Shown here: positions 33,396 to 43,537 of the stretch, piece after piece | Numbering within the stretch: position 1 is the stretch's first letter | How the letters are laid out: every line of letters starts with the position of its first letter | Assembly (NCBI GenBank): GCA_004431415.1 | Contig: QPMI01000043.1 | Coordinates: 127,694 to 191,693 of the forward strand | Direction: 5' to 3' | DNA: 64,000 nucleotides | From: Cyanophora paradoxa CCMP329 | Lineage: Eukaryota > Plantae > Glaucophyta | Made by a program: the position numbers and the translations under genes | Notes under the pieces: generated by a model | Told to the model about the DNA's origin: nothing | Databases searched by the model: none | The model's input: only the letters and a program-made list of their open reading frames with translations

Positions 33396-34229
33396 ATGGC
33401 TGAGCAACCCCCACTTGAACGAATTATCACCCCACAACTATCATTAGCAGCCCCAGCAAACCATGTTCTGCAACATGCTACCTTTGATGATGTGGAAGGT
33501 CTCCAATCCACAGAGGTCCAACCTACAATGAACACCTTTGGTTCCACCCATAAACTGAGATTACAGGAACTCAGATGTGATAAAAATAATGGAATAGTTA
33601 AGACAACTAAGCTACTTGTCACAAATGCAAACTTTTCTGCTCATTATGGAGACCCAGATAGCTATGGAGATCCTCTTTCTACTTATTCTTTTGAATCTAG
33701 GTCGGGAGCTATTAACTGCAAATCGGGGGGAGCTTATATTGGTGATGGTCTTAGGGTTGGTGGGGCTGTTGGAGCGCCTCTATTTGTGAATGATCAACCC
33801 AATCCCATTGATCCCAACACAAGAATTCGAACCTATGTCCCCAGCATGAATGCCCCCTATATAATCAAGATATTCCCCATTGTTGTGAATGAACAAACAG
33901 CAGTTGTTGACTCTCTTGTTGAGATTGGTGACCACTATAAGGTTGTTGTTGATATCCCACCAGATGTTTATGCTGTATGCCAAGTTGAAGGTGGAACTCC
34001 TAATTTTGCTGTTGTGATCACCCCATATGATAATTTTGGTATTGCTTATCATGGAGTCAATTTCGGTTTGGAAGATTATCAGTTCTTAGTGAGAGCCACC
34101 AAGTTTGGTATCTACAAATGTGTATTATATGCAGAGAGAACCGATTTTATTGCAAAGCAGAATACCTATGCTGAGTACTATGGGACAAATCGATATTTCC
34201 CCATTTTTGGGCAGGATACTGCTCCATAA
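33396..34229 (+). CDS. Small fibre-like protein, paralog B
   Basis: RLQELRCDKNNGIVKTTKLLVTN; KSGGAYIG. Confidence 0.65.
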   Translation: MAEQPPLERIITPQLSLAAPANHVLQHATFDDVEGLQSTEVQPTMNTFGSTHKLRLQELRCDKNNGIVKTTKLLVTNANFSAHYGDPDSYGDPLSTYSFESRSGAINCKSGGAYIGDGLRVGGAVGAPLFVNDQPNPIDPNTRIRTYVPSMNAPYIIKIFPIVVNEQTAVVDSLVEIGDHYKVVVDIPPDVYAVCQVEGGTPNFAVVITPYDNFGIAYHGVNFGLEDYQFLVRATKFGIYKCVLYAERTDFIAKQNTYAEYYGTNRYFPIFGQDTAP

Positions 34230-34251
34230 GAATGTTGATTATATATAGAGT

Positions 34252-34524
34252 ATGGATAGTAAAACAAAAAAGTTTATTGATGCTGCTATGACAGTTCATG
34301 GTAAAGATAAATTCGATTACAGTGAGACACATTACATCAAAGCTCAAGAGAAAGTATCTGTGAGATGTTTGCAGTGTAATAAGGTGATCCTTACCTATCC
34401 CTTTAATCATGTGAAGGGATCAGGTTGCAGGGACTGTAACAAAAGAAAGAGTCAAGCACACAGGAAAAGAGCTACTTCATCAATCAGAGTAGAGTATAGG
34501 GATATTTGCATTAGGTTTGACTAG
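34252..34524 (+). CDS. Single DUF723-like Zn-ribbon protein (no nuclease domain)
   Basis: VHGKDKFDYS...CLQC...HVKGSGCRDC. Confidence 0.6.
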   Translation: MDSKTKKFIDAAMTVHGKDKFDYSETHYIKAQEKVSVRCLQCNKVILTYPFNHVKGSGCRDCNKRKSQAHRKRATSSIRVEYRDICIRFD

Positions 34525-34547
34525 TTAATTTTTCTAAGGTATTCTTA

Positions 34548-34946
34548 ATGGAGACTAAATACAGAGGCTTTCATGTTATGCTTGATTACAAGGCTAAATC
34601 AGCTATAGCAACAGGTCATGAGCATGTTAGCTTCCTAGGTAATTGAATTATGGGAACCCTTGAACAAGCAGTATTGAGACAAGGTATTAGGATTGTTCAT
34701 AAGCATTGTGAGATATTTGATGGCAAACTATCACCTCCTGGTTTTGCTTTGGTTCTGCTATTAGATGAAAGCCATTGTACAGCTCATTGTTATTCCAATG
34801 AAGGCATGTTAGCAATTGATATATTCAGTTGTGGTAAAGAAGCTCAGCATAAAACACAATCAGTAGCAGATGAGATCGATAAAACAATGAATTTCTTAAC
34901 ATTTGAGAAGACTGAGAGACATAAACATGATAGATTCCCGTTTTGA
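34548..34946 (+). pseudogene. speD: S-adenosylmethionine decarboxylase-like (SpeD family) with an in-frame TGA at codon 33
   Basis: GFHVMLD, PPGFALVLLLDESHCTAHCY...AIDIFSCG; TGA at 34644-34646 in frame with ATG 34548. Confidence 0.75.
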
Positions 34947-35179
34947 TGGGTTTCTATAATGATAAACAGGGTAATTTACCTTTTTTATTACAATGGCAAT
35001 CGTTAAAAAAGGATATAATATATCCTTTCCTACAATAGCTTTCTACAATGATTTTCTTTCTACAGTAGCTTTTGTTACAATAGAATTCTACTGTATGATG
35101 TAGCCGAAATATGAATGCACCCTACATTAAGCAATGTCAAGTATTTCGAATACTATTCGATTTCCTTACAATAACACTC

Positions 35180-36288
35180 AGCATCTCCCCAAGATTCCCC
35201 CTATTATTAAAGTGGACTCAAGGTTGACTCATATTAATCGATAGTATATGGATTTTGTTACGAATTCAATGCAAGGGTTGACTAAGTGGGTTGAGTTGAC
35301 TCAAATTTCACAGGAAATAACAATGAATCAGAGTATAAAATGCATTATTTGAATCAACTACACCAACTAACACTGAGAAAGTAGGTTATAACATATAGTA
35401 TTACCATATATGGTTTGTCAGGCACTATAATATAGTTGTCAGGCACTAATATAGTATGTCAGGCATTGTCAGGCACCTTTTTAGAAAACTTTTATAAAAT
35501 TGAAATTTCATTGTTAATCCAAACAATGACTTAGCCAAAATAAAATACTTTATGAAAATCGATAGATTTAATGCCTGACAAATAAATGCTGCCTGAAAGA
35601 TTTAACACCAACTAACACTGAGATTTTCACAATATATGAGGTCCTTACTGAATATGGTTTGTGTGACAGGTGTGACAGGTTTATCCCGTGGATTTTAAAA
35701 ATCAATTTCTCACTAGGACTTTCCTTGGGATTGACCTGTCACACCTGTCACACCTGTCACACCCAAAATCCTAAGGGTCCCCCCTTAGACTCAACAAAAC
35801 AATGATAAAATCATATAAGTTTCATGTATAATTACGATTGAATTCAATAAGAGATCGATTTGTTAATATAAACAAATGAATCATTTATGGATCTTAATCG
35901 AGTTTAGCGATATATTTCCGATTAAATGAATTAAATTTAATTAAATTTAATCGAGAAAGTACATGAATATAATATCGATTAAATCAATTAACAAACAGAC
36001 CAATCACACATAGTAAAATGCGGAGTTTTAACCAGAGGCAAGATCTAATTGAGATTCAGTTATATTATTCGGAAATATATACAGATTATCGATAGACTCA
36101 GTAAGACTAATCGGAAAATAAGAGAAATTTACGATAAAATATCGAAAAGAATACAAAATAAACGAAATAAATGAATATTCGATAAGATATACACAGATTA
36201 TCGATTGATTGAAATAGAATATACGAGATATATCAACAAAATCAATTAAGATAAGCCGAGGGTTAAAACTCCGCATTTTACTATGTGT
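35180..36288 (-). repeat. Right terminal inverted repeat of element 1
   Basis: Reverse complement of 7374-8482. Confidence 0.95.
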
Positions 36289-36294
36289 CATACA
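36289..36294 (+). repeat. Right target-site duplication CATACA
   Basis: Identical to 7368-7373. Confidence 0.95.
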
Positions 36295-36755
36295 TACTGT
36301 ATCGATGCGCGCGCGCGCCGCCGCGTGGGCGCACGGAAAGGTCGATGGGAGAGTGCAGAATCACATTTTGCTGCAGTTTACTTTCTCGCGCTGCGCCGGC
36401 GCTCGAAGCCGGATTTCGGGGCGGCGCAGGCTTTGTTGAGTCTATGCGCATCACTACGCATTGCTCTCGTGCCTTGGCGGACAGGAATCGACTGGCCCAT
36501 GCCTGTGGATCAAATTTTCGAGTGACGCGGATCGATTCCAAAATTTCGGGGTGACTGCGAGCTTGAATTCGAACTTCCCAGCGCTAGAATAGCGATCTCG
36601 AGCATGCGCTGTGCCGCTTTGCAGTGCTCGCTGCGGCGCGGCCGGCGCCGCGTTGCGTCGTGGGGCGGCTTGAAATTTTTCCAGGGTCCCACCTTCCTTC
36701 TCAGTCGTGGGTGTGAAGCGGTTCAAATACCCGCCTGAAAATTTCATTTTCGGTT

Positions 36756-36825
36756 GCGGTTTTAGCCTAGCGGTTAGGATACTCGGTTCCGGACCCGACG
36801 ACCCGGGTTCGGGTCTGGGGGGGAG
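36756..36825 (+). pseudogene. tRNA(Glu)-like relic or SINE head in host DNA
   Basis: TAGCCTAGCGGTTAGGATACTCGG...GACCCGGGTTCG resembles eukaryotic tRNA-Glu; acceptor stem does not pair. Confidence 0.5.
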
Positions 36826-39029
36826 GATTCCTTCCTGAGTGCACGTACGCGACACGGACAGGGCACCGATTGGTCACCGATAGCCGCTAACAGGAGCGAG
36901 CGTGCGCTAGTGGTCGAGCCGGGTAGAAGATATATGCATATGATATATGAGAGGGGAAATAGGCGACACCGACCAATCACCGAGCGGGCACCGATAGGGC
37001 ACGGTGCTGGGACGGAGGGGGGAAATTGTGGGGGGCGGTTGCCCAGTGGGTGCCGTCTCGAGGGAATCGGGCGGGCACCTGGGAAAAAATTATGGGGGGG
37101 GCCCAATAACAATATATATAGGGGGGAAATGCGCATGCTATGATGCATATGCATATGCATGCGCAGCCGGGCCTGATATCGATCCGGATGATACTGGGAG
37201 TCTGGCCGGGACAAGCTCGAAGCTTATAATTAAAAGTTCTCAGAGTCTTGCAATTGCTAGCTAGCTCGGAGAGGAATTGCATGAGAGGATTCGGAGATCT
37301 AGAGGTGTCTAGATCGGGGAGATACGTATACGTATACAGGGCCAGCGCGCGATGGGCAAGGCGACCGGAAAACGCAAGGCGAAGACCGGGAAGCCGACTC
37401 ATACACGGCGCGGGTTCGGCGGGCTTTTCATAAGCGCGACGGCCGCGGGGCCTGAGGAGCTCGAGCTCGGAGTTGCATCCGACGCTGACGCCGGCATCCA
37501 CGCGGGCCCCGCACTCTTCGATGCAAATACGAGTGGTTCGAGCCATTTCTTGAAGATGCTTCCATGCGTAGCTTGGTTGGGCCTCCGTCAAATCTGTTTG
37601 CACGAATCGCAGCTCTTGAACGTGAACGGGGAGCGCTAGCGGGGCCGTCATGCGCAGGCAACGGCGTCGCAGCGATGGCGCTATCAGAACAACAACTTGC
37701 ATGCGCATCAAAGCAACGTGCGCGCTCTTTTCCAGCGATATATATATACATGTATTTGCTTTAGATCTAAACAACTTGCACTTGCGGCCGCAGCGAAAGC
37801 CTTGGAAGCAGCGCGCAACACATGCAATTAAAATATTGCGCATGCGCACATCGATATTCCTGTGCGTGCAAAATTAAACGCGTTTTTGTTTGTCTACCTG
37901 TTCGAATTCTGCAGGCGCAGCTCGCGATCAAGTTCTGCATGCTCTGCAAGATCTAGATTTACATCCAGATGTAGAACAGCGAACTCGATTGCAACCCGCC
38001 GCAAATTCATGCGAAGCAATTCAAGAAGCATCGCCATCAATTCAATCATCGTCGCCATCGACTCATGGGCATGCAGATTCCATCAGCTGCAGTGCGTCAT
38101 TCTTTGCCCGCAGCTGCAGCCCCTTGGCCTATATATATATATAGCTATCGCTATAGCTGATCATGACCCAGCTGCGAATTCGTCAGATACAGGCCCAATT
38201 GCAAGTTGTGGTGCTGTGCACGTGCGCATGCCCGTCATACAAGAGCTGTCCGTGAATTCTGCTTCGTCATCTGCAATAGCGGGAATTGTTCGTGCCGCAA
38301 TGCAGTGAGCTCGATCTAGCTCGATCTATGCCCGTAATATGCACAAAACCGTAACGCATGCGCAATCGTTTTCGAATCAGGACAATAAATTCCGGCATTG
38401 GAGCCGGTGCAGTTGGGGTTTCGCCACTCACCCAGGCATGCATTATGCTGCTTGCATTCATCGAAGTTCAGGGTCATGCAGCGGCCTTCGATTCTTTCCG
38501 GTTCGCAATAAATGATTTATACGTTAATCTTCATCGCAAATTGTTGATCCGCTTTGCAAAAGCGCCTGCGCTAGTCTCTCCAGTGAAGACATCACTGGGC
38601 TACAACAAGCTCTCCAACAATGCCACACAACAGCGATGGGAAACGGTGACGCTTGGAATGCGCTCATCCCCCGAATTACGGCGAATTTGCGCCAAAGTCG
38701 GCTGGAAGCGGACCCGCAGTGGAAACAGTTTGCAGATGCACGTAAACAAGATTACTGTGGCGCCTGGGGGTCATCAATAGCATCAGTGCTCTCACAAGCC
38801 GAGAACGTTTCTAGTTCCGCAAAGTGCGTGCAGTGCCCCAGATTCTAGATCTGAGTTGTATTGCCATTCATTAATAGTTGCGCCAGCTTTATTTCCCTTG
38901 CTCTGGCAGATCCAATGGGTCTGCCATCTATGGTGCACGACAACTGGGGCTCGCGATCGTCCAGTGGAGAGTATTTCTCAATAGGTGCACTAGTTTTTTC
39001 TCAATAGTATTTCTAAGTAGTTTTAATGC

Positions 39030-40260
39030 ATCAAGCTGATGAGCTCGAGCTGATAAGCCTTTGAAATTCGGCGCAGAAGACATCAGGAAACAAAGAGCCG
39101 ACATCGATGCAAAGCTCGGCAGGCTGGCGGACGGCTTTCAGTTCATCACACTTGCCAACAGTGGCAACACTTCCGACCAAGAATCTGTGATTGAAGAAAT
39201 TGCCTGCCTGGTGCATTGGCCTGCCTATGCCTGGCCATGGATCAATTTTTGACTTGGTGAACAGGTCGCGAAAAAGTTCTCAATCGTCAAATGCTCGATG
39301 GGGGCTTATGTGTGGACAAAAGGCTCCTGGGGAACATCGAGAGGTGCCCTAGGAATCAACGTTCAGTTCGGAGAAAGAACACCAGTACCAGCTAACGCAT
39401 TCAAAGGACGGTCTGCTCAATTTGTTGCATTTATTAGAATATCGATATCATTTTGCAGTTTCCGCTAAAGATACATCAGGGAAGATCATCTTGTCATTCC
39501 TTGTATATATGAGTCTCTTCCCCCAAGCGAGCAAATACTTGGAAGTAATGCCGAGGCTGTTTGCAGTGCTTTGGAACAAATTGGCGGCAATAAGAGTGGC
39601 GGCACAGTGACTGCTAAAGAACTCAGGGAATCGCATCCATTTGCAAAGCTTCCGATCAAGGTATACTTAAAAATATATATCTTTGTTGGAATAGAAGCTG
39701 TATAAAATGCAAGTTATACTCCAGGTCATTATCTGTGAGGCGATTCAAATGAATGTCAACGACGGAATAAGATATCTCTCGCTGGAGTACCTCATTGGGT
39801 TGTCAGCGTTGTGTGAGGAGTTTCGAATCGCCCTCCTGTTTGATGAAGCCATGACTGGTGCAATTCAAAATTAAATAAATGCCCGTGAAACCTTCTGAAA
39901 CCTATTAATGCTGCAGCTGATTGCAGGTACCTGTCGAACCGCAAAGTCCTTCTTTGCTTTTGAGCAGTTTGTGAGAGCTTCTGTCAGCAGCTGCAGTGCA
40001 ATGATGAGGAGGAAATGCGACAATGACCAGGTTTCGCCTAGGCCTATCATCGTGCATGGAGTCCTCACAGGCAAAGCCTTCATTGCATCGCTTATCCTTG
40101 TGCGAAATATTTCCCTGGTAATCTAAAGATTTCCCTTTGAATCTCAAATGAAGTAATATTCATCGGCCTAGATAAAGCACATGCCTGGCATTGGGGACCC
40201 CTGGATTGCGACTTTTGGAGTCTCTGCAGAAACATTTGCACATGATGTTCACACAGGTGC
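39030..40260 (+). CDS. Host intron-containing class-III aminotransferase-like gene or pseudogene (boundaries approximate)
   Basis: Exon 39725-39857 VIICEAIQ...LCEEFRIALLFDEAMT(G), GT-AG intron, exon GTCRTAKSFFAFE...LTGKA; upstream ANSG. Confidence 0.5.
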
Positions 40261-41066
40261 AGGCCGTTTATAACAGCTAACCGGCCATTCCATTCATTTC
40301 TATATATATTTCTTAATGCTCAGTGCAGAGTATGTAACGGTTCAGCCATATCGCATACAGCTGATTCAGACCTCGTGGCTATTGGACAATCGTGCGCACA
40401 CATACATATGTTATTGAGTCCGTTCCGCTAATCCTTATAATCTCTGCGAAATGCACTTGCAGTTTGCGAAATGCGAGAGCGCAATACACATATGAATATT
40501 CATATTTTAATCCCTCGGCGTTCCGCCTCAGGATTAAAATATGAATATTCATATGTGTGATTCGATGTTATATCAATAAAATCGATTAATTTATTTGAAT
40601 TTTCACCTGAATTTTCATATTTTTATATGCATTTTCAATTAATTTAATCGATGTTATATCGATAAACTCGATTAATCGATATTGTATCTTAATTGTAGTT
40701 AATCGGAATTATATCAATAACTTCGATTGATCTTAATTGAATCCTAAATGAATCTAATCGGAATTATATCAATAAATTCGATTAAATCATGTTCTTTTCC
40801 GATTAAATCAATTAAATATTTAACTTTGTTATCAGAAGTGGTCTAAGTTGACTCACTTTTCATAAACATTTTGAACTCTTAGTCTCTTTGAATTTCTTAA
40901 GATGACTCAACTTAGTCAACTTAGTCAACTTTGTTACCATAATCAATCAGGGTGGACTCACTTTTAGATCAACTTTGAAATTTCAAGCAAAATCAACTTG
41001 GATTTCAAAAGTGGATCTTCTAAGTGGACTCAAAATGTTCACTTTGTGATACATGTTAGCTCAAAT

Positions 41067-41271
41067 CCTTACTGTTTATGGTCAGGGTTGACTAAGTGGG
41101 GGAGTTGACACATTTTTTGAAATCCTTTTTAGAAAACTTTAGGTCCCAAATATTTCCTGTGAAATTTGAGTCAACTCAACCCACTTAGTCAACCCTTGCA
41201 TTGAATTCGTAACAAAATCCATATACTATTACTACTTTTACGATTAATATGAGTCAACCTTGAGTCCACTT
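41067..41271. promoter_or_regulatory. Iteron cassette C in the left end of element 2
   Basis: GGTTGACTAAGTGGG..GAGTTGAC / GTCAACTC..CCCACTTAGTCAACC; homologous to 46843-47023. Confidence 0.6.
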
Positions 41272-41849
41272 AAATATAAATATAATATAATAGGGGGAAT
41301 CAAGGGAGATGCTTACTAAATGCAGTGTTAGATTGATGATTTCACATATGTAATCACGATTATCTCTAAAGTAGATTTGGGTTGATTATTCGATGTTATC
41401 AGGTGATTGAGTTGATAAGTATTTGATGTAGATCTTTAACTCTTTCGTTATAATCGAATTTAATCGAATTAGTTTTGAATTTTCAAAATCGGTTTAATCG
41501 TAATAGCGATGTATACACATCGAGATTCGTAGATGTGATTGCAATTTATTGTTATGTATGATATTGGTGATTATATTGAATCGTTGGTGTATCGATTTGA
41601 TAACTTCCTGGTGATCTGTATTAAAAACTCACGTTTAATGGATTTTAATCGAATTTAAAATCAAAATTCAAAATCGAGTGACCGCCTTAAAATGCTCGAT
41701 TTTATGACGTTTTAAGCGCATCGATTTGAGCATGTGGTGTTGAGATATCGTAGCAAACGTGAATAGTGAGTTTCTAGACGGGTACAGCATTAATCTAGAA
41801 AAAACCGCGTTTTTTTTTACTTTTCAAGTTTCACGGCGAACGAAGTAAA

Positions 41850-41922
41850 GGTTCCCGGTCGGATTTGAACCTCGTAGTTCTGGGTCAGTAATCTAGCGCT
41901 TTATTCTCTGAGCCAAAAACGG
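41850..41922 (-). ncRNA. Degenerate tRNA-like sequence (Pol III A/B boxes) inside element 2
   Basis: Minus strand TGGCTCAG...GGTTCAAATCC at tRNA-like spacing; stems only partly paired. Confidence 0.35.
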
Positions 41923-42148
41923 CTTGCCATCTAGTCGACTCCTGGGCTAGTGTTTCACCAAGTCTACTATGGCAAGTGACTTTTGCATCTTCAAACTGTT
42001 ATATCTCATCACCAGATCATCAAAACGCAACGTTCTGCATATCGCTGTGAAGCGCTTGATAAGATCTACAAGACTATGTGTATATCATGTGCATATATGT
42101 ATATCAGTCATACATATATTTGGAAAAAACGAGTTTTTGCCTAGCAAA

Positions 42149-43534
42149 CTAGCTAGTTTTGGTCCTTTCTCTTAGTGTTCTCTGAGGTTTAGGGGCTGTA
42201 TATGACTCCTTAGTAGTCTGAAAGTCATTATACCATCTCTGGCTATTAACCTCAGAAAGTTTCTGTGTCCCTGCTATAGTGAGCTTTTTGAGTTCCCTAT
42301 TAACCTTGCCAGTCTTCTCCTTTCTAGCCTCTATCAAAGGCTTATCTGGGACTTCATTAGCAGCTTCTATGCCTTCTCTCCTTATAGCAGCATCAACCTT
42401 GGCTTCCTCTTTGGCTTGCTCTAATGCATCCACTGTAGGTGTTTCCAGATACTCAACTGAATTCACAGGTAACAGCTCATGGAAAGCAAACCTGTTTTCT
42501 ATGATCTCACCAGTGGGACTCCTTAGCTTAAACTTAAAGCCTTCCCTACTATCAACAGTGTAAACCATCCTAGACCAATTGTTACCCTGTTTAGCAAAGG
42601 CATTTTTCTCAACTTTCACTCTAACAAACATGCCTGGCTGCATGGTATCAAGGTAAGCTATTGATTTCTTGAATCTTTCATCTTCTAATCCCACTATATA
42701 CCTATAATGCTCCTCTGTAGTTTCGCCTGGCTTCATCTTAGTAGCTGAGTGAACTGTATTATTGTAATTATACTCAATATCACCTAACACATCAAAGAAT
42801 CTAGCTGTGTTATTAGCTATGCAGTAGTTTGTGATCAGTCTCTTAATCTGCTTGTTAAAGGCTTCAATTCGACCTTGGCTTCTATGGTCAGCAGTTCCAC
42901 TCACTTGGTGTTCTATGAATTTACTAGATAAATACTCCTGGAATATTCGATTTTGGAACTCACTCCCAGCATCTGATTGAACTTTTACTATGGGTCTTGC
43001 CACTCTCATTTCAAGCTGCTTAAATGCAGCTAATGTAGTGAGAGCTGATTTATCTCTTATAGGTATGATATATCCAGTTCTCAGTGTTGATTCCATAGCA
43101 GTCATAAAGGTATCATAGCCATTGTTTTGTTTCTTATAAGCTGGGAAAAAGAGCAAATCAATCACATAGGTATCAAGGGGTTGCCTTATTGGAACCATGG
43201 GATCTCTCTTCCTAGATATAGCAGGTGCATTGATCTGAACTACCTCTTGTTTTTTATAGAACTCTTGCAACTGCTTATAGGATTCATCTGGTAACTCAGC
43301 CCTCATAGCTTGAAGCCCTTTGTAACCAGTTCTCACATCATAGAATCTCTTGGCAATCTTGCTAGTTTCTTTCACTGCAATAGCAACTGGGATCTCTACT
43401 GGGACAAGCTCTTTCATCTCTGATTTTTTAACAATTCGAGATTCCCCCTTTTCCTCCTTTGGAACTGTGATGGGCAATAGGTTACCTTGCAGTTGCTCAG
43501 TGGTTCTTCTAACTATTCTTCCAGTTGCTGGCAT
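42149..43534 (-). CDS. rve integrase
   Basis: 461 aa, few substitutions relative to 8499-9884. Confidence 0.93.
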   Translation of the reverse strand: MPATGRIVRRTTEQLQGNLLPITVPKEEKGESRIVKKSEMKELVPVEIPVAIAVKETSKIAKRFYDVRTGYKGLQAMRAELPDESYKQLQEFYKKQEVVQINAPAISRKRDPMVPIRQPLDTYVIDLLFFPAYKKQNNGYDTFMTAMESTLRTGYIIPIRDKSALTTLAAFKQLEMRVARPIVKVQSDAGSEFQNRIFQEYLSSKFIEHQVSGTADHRSQGRIEAFNKQIKRLITNYCIANNTARFFDVLGDIEYNYNNTVHSATKMKPGETTEEHYRYIVGLEDERFKKSIAYLDTMQPGMFVRVKVEKNAFAKQGNNWSRMVYTVDSREGFKFKLRSPTGEIIENRFAFHELLPVNSVEYLETPTVDALEQAKEEAKVDAAIRREGIEAANEVPDKPLIEARKEKTGKVNRELKKLTIAGTQKLSEVNSQRWYNDFQTTKESYTAPKPQRTLRERTKTS

Positions 43535-43537
43535 CTC

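Larger units (their letters stand above)
7374..36288. mobile_element. Complete endogenous Polinton/Maverick-like virus (element 1)
   Basis: 1109-bp TIRs, 6-bp TSD, rve integrase, pPolB, packaging ATPase, DJR MCP, pentons; sharp GC drop relative to the flanks. Confidence 0.95.

Noticed and set aside
36756-36825. Functional tRNA gene
   Set aside because: Acceptor stem unpaired, anticodon loop irregular, B box degenerate
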